Part shown: in pieces, positions 10,737-19,522 of the stretch
Position numbering within the stretch: the stretch's first letter is position 1
Layout of the letters: each line of letters begins with the position of its first letter
Assembly (NCBI GenBank): GCA_963823335.1
Contig: CAWGLD010000003.1
Span: forward strand, 96,001 to 160,000
Direction: 5' to 3'
Origin: an uncultured delta proteobacterium
GTDB taxonomy: Bacteria > Desulfobacterota > Desulfobacteria > Desulfobacterales > B30-G6
DNA: 64,000 nucleotides
Made by a program: the position numbers and the translations under genes
The notes under the pieces: generated by a model
The model's input: only the letters and a program-made list of their open reading frames with translations
The model's database searches: none
Told to the model about the DNA's origin: nothing

Positions 10737-12893
10737 TCAGATGTGTGAAACGGGCATGCCGGTTTGAGTGCCCGTTTTTCGGGCGCACATTTTACAAAGT
10801 GTCTGCACAGATGCTACCTGCCCGGTTGTTTTAAACCTGTTACCGATATAATCCAGATACTTGGCAGGGCCGACCACGGCGCCACACGAACTGCAGAGGA
10901 TCAGTTCCTGGCGGTTCAAGACAGTACCGCAGAGCGAGAGAATCCTTTCACCATCTTTGTCCTCTATCTGCATGGCGTCGTTGGGGCAGTTTTCCGCGCA
11001 GGCCCCGCAGGCGATACAGCGTTCCTGGGTCAACCTGAAATCTGTTTTTACAGGATGATCAAAGTCATAGTAGCCCATCTGCAGTGCATCGATTTTCATC
11101 TTGTCCCGGCAGACACTTACACAATCCCCACATCGCCGGCAGATATCACAGCGAAGGCATCTGCGGGCCTCCTCCCTGGCCACGCTCTCGGAATAGCCCA
11201 ATTCGACCTGCTGATAGGTGGTACGCCGTCTTTCGATATTCAACAGTGGCATTTCAGGTCGTTTCAGGATCATTTTCGTGGTGGCAGGGACCTCGATAAA
11301 ATCGGTATTTGCACGGCGAACCGGTACCGGCGGCATCTTCGGCTGTGGTAAGCCTGAAAGGTAGCGGTCGATAGCATTGGCTGCCCGTTTCCCGCCACCA
11401 ATGGCTTCGATGACCGTGGCCGGGCCGCTTACAGCATCACCCACGGCAAAAATGTCGGGCTGAGACGTGGTCATGTTGGCCATATTGACATGAATGGTGC
11501 CGCGGCGGGTCCATTCAATTTCACCAAGTGATTCCATACAGTCCCGGTCTACATACTGTCCAATGGCAGGGATGATCACATCGGCTTCGATATCGTGGTC
11601 ACTCCCTTCAACGGGTGTGGGGTACATCCTGTCGCTGTCCTTTTTTTTAACCAGTTTGGCCCGAATGCAGCGCAGGGTGTTGATCCTGTCGCCCTCACCC
11701 ATGATTTCCACTGGAATGGTCAGCAATGCCAGGTGGACACCTTCTTCCTCGGCCTGCTCCACTTCCTCCTCATCTGCGGGCATTTCCCGGCGTGTCCGCC
11801 GGTAGGCGATGGTCACCTCCTTGCATCCGAGCCTCAGGCAGGTTCGGGCCGCATCGATGGCAACATTACCCCCGCCGATGATCACGGCTTTCTTGCCGGG
11901 GGCGTGCCGATGGCCCATGGCTACGTTTTTGAGCAGATCGATGGCGTCTATGACCTGGGGGAACGTATTCTCTCCGGGGATGTTCAGTTTGAAAGCTTTG
12001 TGAGCACCGATGGCAAAGAGGAAAGCCGAAAAATCCTCCTTTTTCAAATCTTCGAAGGACACATCATGCCCAAAACGGGTATTATATACAAATTCGACCC
12101 CCAGGTCTTCGATCATGGCAACTTCCCTGTCAATCACCTCTCGGGGGAGTCTGTAACGCGGTATTCCCACCATGGTCATGCCACCGGCCATGGACAATGC
12201 CTCGAGCACTCTCACACTGTAGCCTTTGAGCGCCAGATAGTAGGCGGCACTCATGCCGCCGGGGCCGGCACCGATGATACAGACCTTTTGATGTTTGTCC
12301 GGCGCCTTTTCAGGGTTTTGGTACTGCCCGTCAGACAGGGCTTTCTCTGCCGCGAATGCTTTAAGAAATTTGATGGAGACCGGCGTATCGATGCGGCCCC
12401 GCACGCACATGAATTCGCAGGGTCGCGTGCACACCAGGCCACACACCCAGGGGAAGGGATTGTCCTTGCGTATGACCTCTATAGCCTCTGCATCTCTGCC
12501 CATGCCGATCAGGGTGACATATGTCGGCACGTCAATTCCTGCCGGGCAGGCCATTTGGCAGGGTGCCGGGGTAAGCTTGATGCAATCCCCGGTGGCGCAG
12601 TTACGGGTCTTGATATGACTTTGGAATATCTCGGCGTGTTTTTCCAGTGTGGTGCCGATCTTGTTTTTGATCTCGATACCCACCGGATCCGCCCTGTTTT
12701 GATCCAGTTCATCCAGGCGGCTGTTGACTGCCGGTATGTGGTCACGGCCTGCCATGCCCCAGGCAACTTCCCGTAGCAAATTCAATATATCTTCCAGGAT
12801 ACGACGGGTCCTGGGTTCTTTGACACTACCGGAGTCAAGGGATGCTTTTATCTCTATTATGGTGCCGTGCACGGGGCAGGCTTTTGCACTCAT
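10737..12893 (-). CDS. GltD/SudA/NfnB-like NAD(P)H-dependent Fe-S flavoprotein with extra C-terminal 2[4Fe-4S] domain
   Basis: PCQMACP...CGLVCTRPCE Fe-S motif, GAGPGG (FAD), GGGNVAID with YRR (NADPH), CDICRRCGDC and CIACGACAENCP. Confidence 0.88.
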   Translation of the reverse strand: MSAKACPVHGTIIEIKASLDSGSVKEPRTRRILEDILNLLREVAWGMAGRDHIPAVNSRLDELDQNRADPVGIEIKNKIGTTLEKHAEIFQSHIKTRNCATGDCIKLTPAPCQMACPAGIDVPTYVTLIGMGRDAEAIEVIRKDNPFPWVCGLVCTRPCEFMCVRGRIDTPVSIKFLKAFAAEKALSDGQYQNPEKAPDKHQKVCIIGAGPGGMSAAYYLALKGYSVRVLEALSMAGGMTMVGIPRYRLPREVIDREVAMIEDLGVEFVYNTRFGHDVSFEDLKKEDFSAFLFAIGAHKAFKLNIPGENTFPQVIDAIDLLKNVAMGHRHAPGKKAVIIGGGNVAIDAARTCLRLGCKEVTIAYRRTRREMPADEEEVEQAEEEGVHLALLTIPVEIMGEGDRINTLRCIRAKLVKKKDSDRMYPTPVEGSDHDIEADVIIPAIGQYVDRDCMESLGEIEWTRRGTIHVNMANMTTSQPDIFAVGDAVSGPATVIEAIGGGKRAANAIDRYLSGLPQPKMPPVPVRRANTDFIEVPATTKMILKRPEMPLLNIERRRTTYQQVELGYSESVAREEARRCLRCDICRRCGDCVSVCRDKMKIDALQMGYYDFDHPVKTDFRLTQERCIACGACAENCPNDAMQIEDKDGERILSLCGTVLNRQELILCSSCGAVVGPAKYLDYIGNRFKTTGQVASVQTLCKMCARKTGTQTGMPVSHI

Positions 12894-12905
12894 TGTTTCA
12901 CCTAT

Positions 12906-13694
12906 TTATGTCACCGGTTTGTTTCCATACATTTTTGCAAGCTTGGGCGCAGTCAATCTCAGATTTTTCCGGTAGTAGAGTTTGCTGCAGGTCGGGCAGT
13001 GCCGGTGTTCTTCTTTTTCCTCTGGATGTTGATCGTCAACATGTTTGACGTGTTCCAGGAATTTTGTGGTGGTATACAATTTGCCACAGATCTGACAAGG
13101 CTCGAGTGTGTGTCTACCCACGATTTCATCCCTGACCATAACCGTTCTTATGTTGCCATCGTCTTCATACCGGATGGCTTTGGTGGGGCAGACGTTGGTG
13201 CAGGTCAGACAGCCAATGCATTCGTCCGTTCCTGATGGACTGACATAGCTTCGTCCCTCTGTTTTGATCATTTTCAGCGCTTTTGCCCCGATGATTTCAG
13301 AGCAAACCCGGATACAGAGCCTGCAGCGGATACATCCGTCGGGTATGATTCCTGTTGTCAAGCCGAATTCCCGGCCGACCTTATGGATGGCTTCGGAATG
13401 GGGTGCCAGTTTCAAGAGGTCTCCGATGGCGGTATTTCTCATCTGGTGCACCATGGCACTTTCCGTGGTGATTTGCAGACCTTGCACTACCTTGATGGCG
13501 CATGAGAGCCTGGTGCGTATGGGTTTGTCCTTTTCTCTTACCTCCACGACGCAAAGCTTGCATGCTGCTGCCGGTGTGAGGGAGTGATGGAAGCAGAGAT
13601 GTGGCACCCGGATGCCATTGTCACTGAGCACGAGCAGGAGCCGTTTCCCTTCTTCAGCCTTGTGTTCCACACCGTTGATGATTATTTGAACCAT
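12906..13694 (-). CDS. [2Fe-2S] + 2[4Fe-4S] electron-transfer protein resembling the NuoG/hydrogenase N-terminus
   Basis: Start MVQIIING at 13694; HLC...ACKLC...LSC, CIRCRLCIRVC, CIGCLTCTNVCP and C-terminal CxxC..CxxC; the longer ORF extension overlaps the upstream gene. Confidence 0.85.
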   Translation of the reverse strand: MVQIIINGVEHKAEEGKRLLLVLSDNGIRVPHLCFHHSLTPAAACKLCVVEVREKDKPIRTRLSCAIKVVQGLQITTESAMVHQMRNTAIGDLLKLAPHSEAIHKVGREFGLTTGIIPDGCIRCRLCIRVCSEIIGAKALKMIKTEGRSYVSPSGTDECIGCLTCTNVCPTKAIRYEDDGNIRTVMVRDEIVGRHTLEPCQICGKLYTTTKFLEHVKHVDDQHPEEKEEHRHCPTCSKLYYRKNLRLTAPKLAKMYGNKPVT

Positions 13695-13708
13695 GATGTT
13701 TCCTGGTC

Positions 13709-14230
13709 TTACCCTAACGTGGCCGCGCCCTTGGTGGAGGCCATGGCATGGGCATAGCGTGTGCGTTTCATGGCCGGCATTTTTTCCGTGACATTGAAGG
13801 TGAGACAGTGCGTGGTGCAGACGGTCACACAGGCGGGTTTGAGACCCTGGTCGATCCGATCCATGCAGTAATCGCATTTGACGACTTTTCCCTTTTCCGG
13901 ATTCCATTGCGGGGCGCCCCAGGGACAGGCGGAGATACATGTTTTGCAGCCCACACAGAGATTGTGGTCAACGAAAACAATGCCGTCCTTTTCACGGCGC
14001 TGCATGGCACCGGTGGGGCATGCAGAGACACACCACGGGTTTTCGCAATGAAAACAAGGCATAAAAATAAAGGACGCCCTTGGTTTGCCGTTAAAAAATT
14101 CGGGTCCCACCGTAATGATCTGGCAGGGCCGGGTTTCCGGCGGAAGTGTTTTGTTTATTTTGCACTGAATTTCACATGAATGGCAGCCGATACACTTTTG
14201 CTGGTCTTGCAGTAAAAAGTACTTGCTCAT
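13709..14230 (-). CDS. 4x[4Fe-4S] beta subunit (PsrB/PhsB/DmsB family)
   Basis: CIGCHSCEIQC, CFHCENPWCVSACP, CVGCKTCISACP and KCDYC...PACVTVC. Confidence 0.92.
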   Translation of the reverse strand: MSKYFLLQDQQKCIGCHSCEIQCKINKTLPPETRPCQIITVGPEFFNGKPRASFIFMPCFHCENPWCVSACPTGAMQRREKDGIVFVDHNLCVGCKTCISACPWGAPQWNPEKGKVVKCDYCMDRIDQGLKPACVTVCTTHCLTFNVTEKMPAMKRTRYAHAMASTKGAATLG

Positions 14231-14302
14231 TATTTTCCTCCCTGATCCAAATCGCTTTTCAGGACAATTATATTTTTATGATGGTTCCTGTTTGAGGTGA
14301 TG

Positions 14303-16387
14303 TTATACCGGCGTCACCTTGACGAATGTGTCATGCAATGCCGGGCTGCCGCCGATTGTATCCATCAGACTTTCCTGAAGCAGGGCGTCGCTGACACCTT
14401 TCCGGCAGCTTCGTGACGCGTTGCCGGCTTCATGTCCAAAACCGTGCAGCATGAATACGGTTTCCTGGTGTATCAGATCGGTTGCCTTAACCGTGATTTG
14501 CCCCTTGCCCACACTGGATGTCACTTCCACCTTGTCACCATTGCTGATACCGAGTTCAGCAGCACGCACGTTGTTCATCCAGAGAACATTTTCAGCACAC
14601 AGTTCGTTCAGATAGGGGTTGTTCTGTGTGGACACATGGGTGTGCAGGGCGATGCGACCCACCACGAGCCGGAAACGATCTTGCGGCGGTCTTGGTACAG
14701 GCGTATAGGCAGGGAAAGATTCAAACCCGGCATCCTCTAGGAGGGAAGATTTGAATTCAATCTTTCCAGACGGTGTTTTAAATTTGAGTCCCTCTTTTCG
14801 ATCCCAGAAAATCTGCTTTTTCCCGTATGCCACAAAGCCTTTGGCATTGAAATCCTCTGTTTTGAAGCCAGTACCTTCCAGTTGCCATTCCAGCAGTTCA
14901 TCCATGCTTTGATAGGGGAAAAATTTGTCTGTCCCCAGGCGTTCTGCTATCTGTTTCAGAATCATGGCGCCGTCCCTTGTATCGTAACGGGGTGCAACAG
15001 CCTGTTTGCGCAGAAACATCTGCGGTTTTAAGCCGTTGGCCTGTTGGATGCAGTCGGTTCTTTCGAGATAGGTGGATTCGGGAAGAACAACGTCCGCGTA
15101 CCAGGCGATATCGCTGTAATTGATGTCGATGGCCACGATCAGATCTAGTTTGTCCAGGGCCTTTTTGGTCAGGGTGGCATCCGGAATCGACCCGATCGGG
15201 TCGAAGCGATAGGCGATAAAGGCTTTGATAGGGTAGGGATCCTGATTCAATATGGCTTGCGGAAGCATCTGGCCGACACCATGGTTGGGGTCCGGCAGGG
15301 GAAATTCTTTGGTTCCCACCTTGTCGAATCGAGGCACGTCAATTTTAGGAAACTTCTGCTCGGTGAGCTTCCGGGCTGGCTTCCCGCCTTCTTCACCAGG
15401 GCCTTTCTTGAAGAAAACACCACCTTTGGTTTCAAGACTGCCCATGAGGGCGTTTAATATCAAAATGGAACGTCGGAAATAAATTTCGTTTTGATGACTG
15501 GCGCCACGGTACCCATAATGGAAAACCACCGAGGGTTTCTCTTTGGCAACTTCTCTGGCCAGTTCTCTGATCGCCGAAGCGGAAATGCCGGTTTCGTCCT
15601 GTGCCCATTCAGGGGAGTAGGGGTTGACAAAGTCCTGCAGCTCTTTCAAGCCAACCACCCACCTGTCCACAAAGGCAGCGTCGTAGAGCCTTTCATTCAA
15701 AATGACATGAATCAGGGCATAGTTCAGGGCCAGATCCGTTCCCGGACGTATCATCCAGTAACGATGCGCTTTGGTGGCCGTGACGGTTACCCGGGGATCT
15801 ATGTAGGTCAGCTTGGCACCCTGTTCCAGAGCATACATCAGGTTGTTGACCTCTTTAACAGAAATCGACTCAAAAATATTTCGGCCATACAGGACAATCT
15901 GCTTTGTATTCTTGTAGTCCACGCCCACCTGCCCATCTGCAAAACCGAACAATGAGCGACAGGCCGTATTTACGGACCCTTTGCAGAGCGCATCATGGGT
16001 AAAGTGATTCGGTGATCCGATGGCTTTCAGAAATGTCTTGCTGACATGGGTGGCCAGCTGGGTCCGTTCGCCGAGTACGACACTGTGCCCGCCGTGCTTG
16101 TCAATAATGGATGAAAGTTTTTTGCCTACCATGTCCAGCGCTTCATCCCAGCTTGCTTTGCGCCATTTACCTTCCCCGCGTTTACCCACCCTGATCAACG
16201 GTGACTGCAGCCGCTGGTCATCATAGAGCAGACTGGTACCGGCCGCCCCCCTGGGGCAGAGACTACCTTCCATACCGGCCACATGCGGATTACCCTCTAT
16301 CCAGGTTACCTGCCCATCTTTGACTTTAACTTTGATGGGACAACGAATCGAGCACATAAAGCAGAGACTGTATACCTCTTTTTCCAT
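14303..16387 (-). CDS. Mo/W-bisPGD oxidoreductase catalytic subunit, thiosulfate/polysulfide reductase (PhsA/PsrA)-like, no Tat signal
   Basis: Starts directly at the FS0 motif (CFMCSIRC...LCPRG); Cys ligand in HDALC; PGTDLA and ADVVLPESTYLER motifs; C-terminal molydopterin-binding domain. Confidence 0.88.
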   Translation of the reverse strand: MEKEVYSLCFMCSIRCPIKVKVKDGQVTWIEGNPHVAGMEGSLCPRGAAGTSLLYDDQRLQSPLIRVGKRGEGKWRKASWDEALDMVGKKLSSIIDKHGGHSVVLGERTQLATHVSKTFLKAIGSPNHFTHDALCKGSVNTACRSLFGFADGQVGVDYKNTKQIVLYGRNIFESISVKEVNNLMYALEQGAKLTYIDPRVTVTATKAHRYWMIRPGTDLALNYALIHVILNERLYDAAFVDRWVVGLKELQDFVNPYSPEWAQDETGISASAIRELAREVAKEKPSVVFHYGYRGASHQNEIYFRRSILILNALMGSLETKGGVFFKKGPGEEGGKPARKLTEQKFPKIDVPRFDKVGTKEFPLPDPNHGVGQMLPQAILNQDPYPIKAFIAYRFDPIGSIPDATLTKKALDKLDLIVAIDINYSDIAWYADVVLPESTYLERTDCIQQANGLKPQMFLRKQAVAPRYDTRDGAMILKQIAERLGTDKFFPYQSMDELLEWQLEGTGFKTEDFNAKGFVAYGKKQIFWDRKEGLKFKTPSGKIEFKSSLLEDAGFESFPAYTPVPRPPQDRFRLVVGRIALHTHVSTQNNPYLNELCAENVLWMNNVRAAELGISNGDKVEVTSSVGKGQITVKATDLIHQETVFMLHGFGHEAGNASRSCRKGVSDALLQESLMDTIGGSPALHDTFVKVTPV

Positions 16388-16484
16388 AATATTCCTCCAA
16401 GCGATCTAAATTCGAATTTATTCCTTTGTTACTACATTGCAACCAAATATGTCCAATAGTAAACGTATCAGAAAATGCCAAATG

Positions 16485-16500
16485 AGCAATTATCATACCA
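16485..16500 (-). promoter_or_regulatory. sigma54 (-24/-12) promoter for the molybdoenzyme operon
   Basis: Minus strand reads TGGTAT-GATAA-TTGCT with correct GG-N10-GC spacing, about 100 bp upstream of the ATG at 16387. Confidence 0.7.
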
Positions 16501-16639
16501 CCATTGGTGTTTTCTTTAGAAAGGGAGATATATTTTAAAAATACGATTAAATACAGTAATATCAGCTATATTAAAGAGATTCTACCCCAAGCCGCCAGCG
16601 ATGTAAGCTTAGAAAAAATCACCATATCCGCCCAAGATC

Positions 16640-16655
16640 GCAGTAAATTTATTGC
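16640..16655. promoter_or_regulatory. Candidate enhancer-binding-protein site (UAS)
   Basis: Near-perfect palindrome GCAGTAAA|TTTATTGC between two divergent sigma54 promoters. Confidence 0.4.
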
Positions 16656-16888
16656 ACCGAAATAAAAAAACGGCACCTTGCTATCCTACTGAATATATTT
16701 GTAATATGATAATCCATATCCCTGTGTGGTATCCTGTCATGCGCCAATACGTGCACTTAGTTATCCGAAAGTCTTCTGCAGGTATGAGACGCTACTATTG
16801 TTGAAAAATATCATAATACACTGAAAAGATAGCAATAAATAAATTCAAAAGACTGGTGATATCCAAGTATTGGAATAAATCGGCATCG

Positions 16889-16904
16889 TGGCATATTGCT
16901 TGCT
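16889..16904 (+). promoter_or_regulatory. sigma54 (-24/-12) promoter for the TauE operon
   Basis: TGGCAT-ATTGC-TTGCT, 80 bp upstream of the ATG at 16984. Confidence 0.75.
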
Positions 16905-16983
16905 TCTAAATTTCACGTTATCGGTATAGGGTAAAATCTAAAATGACGTACCATTATTCAACATTTAGTTAGGAGGTAAAAAA

Positions 16984-18129
16984 ATGGCAAAAAAAATTTT
17001 TAGTGTGTTACCGATCCTTTTGATGGTCCTGACGCTTTCAATGCCGTTTGTCACGGCAAATGATGTATTTGCGGACAAGCTGTCAGATGCCATCGCCAAG
17101 ACGCCCCAGGGCAGTGATAAGGGTCAGATCGACCCTGAGGCCCAACCCGGGTTTCTTGGAATACCCGGCGCGCCGAGTATCAACATGATCATCGGTCTGG
17201 TGTGGGCGATCTGGGTGGGGTGGATTTTTTCAACAGTTGGCGCTTTTGGCGGAATCATGGCCGGCGTGGGACATATGACCATCTATGGCCTGGGGGCCTA
17301 TGCAAAAACCTTCAAGGACACGTCGCCGCAAATGAACAAATTCGTCACCGACAGTATCCGTGTATCCAACCAGTGGCTTGTGGGTCTTTCGGCCCTGGTG
17401 TCCAGCGTCAATTATTACCGGCAAAAGCGACTGGTGCCTGCCCTGGGTTTGTTTCTGGGCAGCGGTGCGCTCTTTGCGACACTCCTGGTGGTGTTTACAA
17501 CGGCCGGTAAACTCAAATTTTCCCAGTACCAGGGGTGGTTTGGATTGTGTGTTTTCGTCATCGGCGGTTTTATGATCTACGAAATGTCGCCCAAGGGTCA
17601 GGCTACCAAAAAAGCAGCCGCAGAAGCAGCCAAGGCTTTCGAAGGTACCATCAAAGGCAAAGGCAAGATTGAAGACCAGGGTGTAAAAACGTTGAGCTGG
17701 AGTCTGAAAAAAGTCGAAATCTCTTTTTTCGGTCAGACCTTCAGTTTCAGTCCTATTTGGGCCTTTGTGGGCGGTTTCTTTATCTCGGCCCTGGCGTCAT
17801 TTCTGGGTATCGGCGGTGGGTTTCTTTATGTGCCCTTTTTGACCAGCGTTGTCGGACTTCCCATGTTTGTGGTTGCAGGAACGTCGGCGCTCTCTGTTTT
17901 GATCGGCATGATCTTCGCCATTTTCAACTTTATGGTTTTAAAAGGGGTCATGGTATACTGGCCCATGATCGGCGCCGAGTTGATCGGTATATTTATCGGA
18001 TCCATGATCGGGCCCAGAACGGGTAAATACATCCCGGCCAAGGTCCTGAAGGGCATTTTCATCGCTCTGGCGATCTACATCGGACTTCGCTATACCATGA
18101 GAGGCTTTTTCGGGATCGCCATGCTGTAA
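16984..18129 (+). CDS. TauE/SafE (TSUP) family sulfur-compound transporter with N-terminal extension
   Basis: GAFGGIMAG and FLGIGGGFLYVPFL...AGTS repeats, multiple TMs; strong AGGAGG Shine-Dalgarno. Confidence 0.88.
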   Translation: MAKKIFSVLPILLMVLTLSMPFVTANDVFADKLSDAIAKTPQGSDKGQIDPEAQPGFLGIPGAPSINMIIGLVWAIWVGWIFSTVGAFGGIMAGVGHMTIYGLGAYAKTFKDTSPQMNKFVTDSIRVSNQWLVGLSALVSSVNYYRQKRLVPALGLFLGSGALFATLLVVFTTAGKLKFSQYQGWFGLCVFVIGGFMIYEMSPKGQATKKAAAEAAKAFEGTIKGKGKIEDQGVKTLSWSLKKVEISFFGQTFSFSPIWAFVGGFFISALASFLGIGGGFLYVPFLTSVVGLPMFVVAGTSALSVLIGMIFAIFNFMVLKGVMVYWPMIGAELIGIFIGSMIGPRTGKYIPAKVLKGIFIALAIYIGLRYTMRGFFGIAML

Positions 18130-18189
18130 AAGCAGAATCCCCATTTCCCTGAAAATACCTGCCAGGGTTGTCAAGGGGATCATACAACA

Positions 18190-18232
18190 ACCCGAATATG
18201 CCACGAGATTGACTTTCGTGGCATATTCGGGT
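18190..18232. repeat. Perfect 17-bp inverted repeat (hairpin without U-tract)
   Basis: ACCCGAATATGCCACGA-N9-TCGTGGCATATTCGGGT. Confidence 0.85.
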
Positions 18233-18284
18233 AAACAGCCGTATACGAATCGCGGCATAAAGTACCTAGCAGACGGGGTGAGGC

Positions 18285-18851
18285 ATGCAGCCTTTTTATG
18301 ACAACTTTCTATATCATGCAGATGGATTTCTAATCGGTTTTTACCGCTTTACCGGCCATCCGTTTCTGGACTATTTGGTGGGAACCATGTGTCTGGCCCT
18401 GTTATGTGTATTGGTGGGGGAAGTAACGGTTTCCCTGGCCATTCGGTTCAACCAGCGCTACATCGATGAAATGGCTCAAGAAATGAATCAGAAAGAAAAA
18501 ATGTCCATGGCAGCCTACCAGGCAGGCGACAAGCCCGGCTACAAGGCGCTGAACAAGCAGGCCACCGATGCGTGGGGCAAGCATTTTTTCACCATGGTCG
18601 GTTATTCGGCCGGCATGTTGTGGCCCATACCCTTTGCACTGGGATGGATGCAAACCCGTTTTCATGGCGTAGATTTTGACCTGGCCTTTCCACTGTCACT
18701 CCTTTTTGGAAAAACAGTCGGCTATCTTTTCACATTCATTCCAATATATATTCTCTCCAGAATTGTTTTTAAATACATGCGCCCATATTTACCATATTTC
18801 AGGGGGGTTCAGAAGAAACTCGACCAATGCGCGTCCAGAAACGCTTCTTGA
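18285..18851 (+). CDS. Hypothetical membrane protein
   Basis: 188-aa ORF with about 3 hydrophobic segments and a soluble coiled segment, in operon position. Confidence 0.75.
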   Translation: MQPFYDNFLYHADGFLIGFYRFTGHPFLDYLVGTMCLALLCVLVGEVTVSLAIRFNQRYIDEMAQEMNQKEKMSMAAYQAGDKPGYKALNKQATDAWGKHFFTMVGYSAGMLWPIPFALGWMQTRFHGVDFDLAFPLSLLFGKTVGYLFTFIPIYILSRIVFKYMRPYLPYFRGVQKKLDQCASRNAS

Positions 18852-18893
18852 TGTTTGGACCCAGCCTTATTATACGCAGACTGATTCGCTTTA

Positions 18894-19020
18894 ATTGTTC
18901 TACAAACCGCGTGCTAAGCACGCGGTTCCGAACCTAAACGTCCGGGGACGTGCCGTCTCCTGATCTTTTACCGCTTTGCGGAAAAATGAAAGCCACCCGT
19001 TTCACGGGTGGTCGTTTACT
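18894..19020 (-). mobile_element. Mini-element family B (IS200/IS605-end-like), diverged copy
   Basis: Homologous to 29626-29759 and 52218-52349. Confidence 0.8.
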
Positions 19021-19030
19021 CGAAAATTCC

Positions 19031-19522
19031 ATGAGAAAAACGCCCTTCATTCAAATCAGATCGATTCTGTTGATTGTCTGGCTGGTCGTAATAATGTTCC
19101 CCGTCCCGGTTGCCGCCACCCAGGGGCACAGCGGTGTCGAAGGGGTGTACGTGCACCAGCTGGCGCATCTTTATTTCATTTTTTCCATGGGAACCCTGAT
19201 TTACTGGATACGCAGACGGGATCTGGTCCGTGAGAAAGGCTGGCGTTACATCCAGTATTCAGCCCTCTTTTTTATTCTGTGGAATATCGATGCATTTGCA
19301 GTGCATTTCCTCGATGAGCAGATCAGCGCCGCGGTGGTGACCAAGCAGGATCTTTTTCATATTCAAATATCCACCGACGAGGGCTTGGAGTGGATCAGAT
19401 ATTTCTATTATCTGGCCAAGCTGGACCATTTGCTCTGTGTTCCTGCCATGATTTTTCTTTATCTTGCACTTAAGAGCCTTCTGAGCGAATCTCCAACGGG
19501 CGATAAAAGGAGCCTGTCGTGA
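19031..19522 (+). CDS. Hypothetical membrane protein, probable accessory of the sensor kinase
   Basis: ATG 19031 (the upstream extension to 18950 lies inside the repeat); about 4 TMs with several His; 4-bp overlap with the kinase. Confidence 0.72.
   Translation: MRKTPFIQIRSILLIVWLVVIMFPVPVAATQGHSGVEGVYVHQLAHLYFIFSMGTLIYWIRRRDLVREKGWRYIQYSALFFILWNIDAFAVHFLDEQISAAVVTKQDLFHIQISTDEGLEWIRYFYYLAKLDHLLCVPAMIFLYLALKSLLSESPTGDKRSLS

Noticed and set aside
11595-12776. Long antisense ORFs (393 aa here, also 6469..7371) and the same-strand alternative-frame ORF 46333..47235
   Set aside because: Shadow frames of well-supported genes with no recognisable motifs
13695-13940. N-terminal extension of ORF 12906..13940
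   Set aside because: It overlaps the 4Fe-4S gene in another frame; the domain begins at MVQIIING (13694)
14303-16387. Selenocysteine recoding or formate dehydrogenase identity
   Set aside because: No in-frame TGA; the ligand region HDALCK lacks the Cys/Sec-His pair of formate dehydrogenases
16437-16455. Second minus-strand sigma54-like motif (TGGAC...TTGC)
   Set aside because: GG-to-GC spacing is 12 nt rather than the required 10
18950-19030. Upstream start of the membrane protein, plus short ORFs at 10643, 29065, 29070, 29481 and 35589
   Set aside because: These are translations of repeat elements
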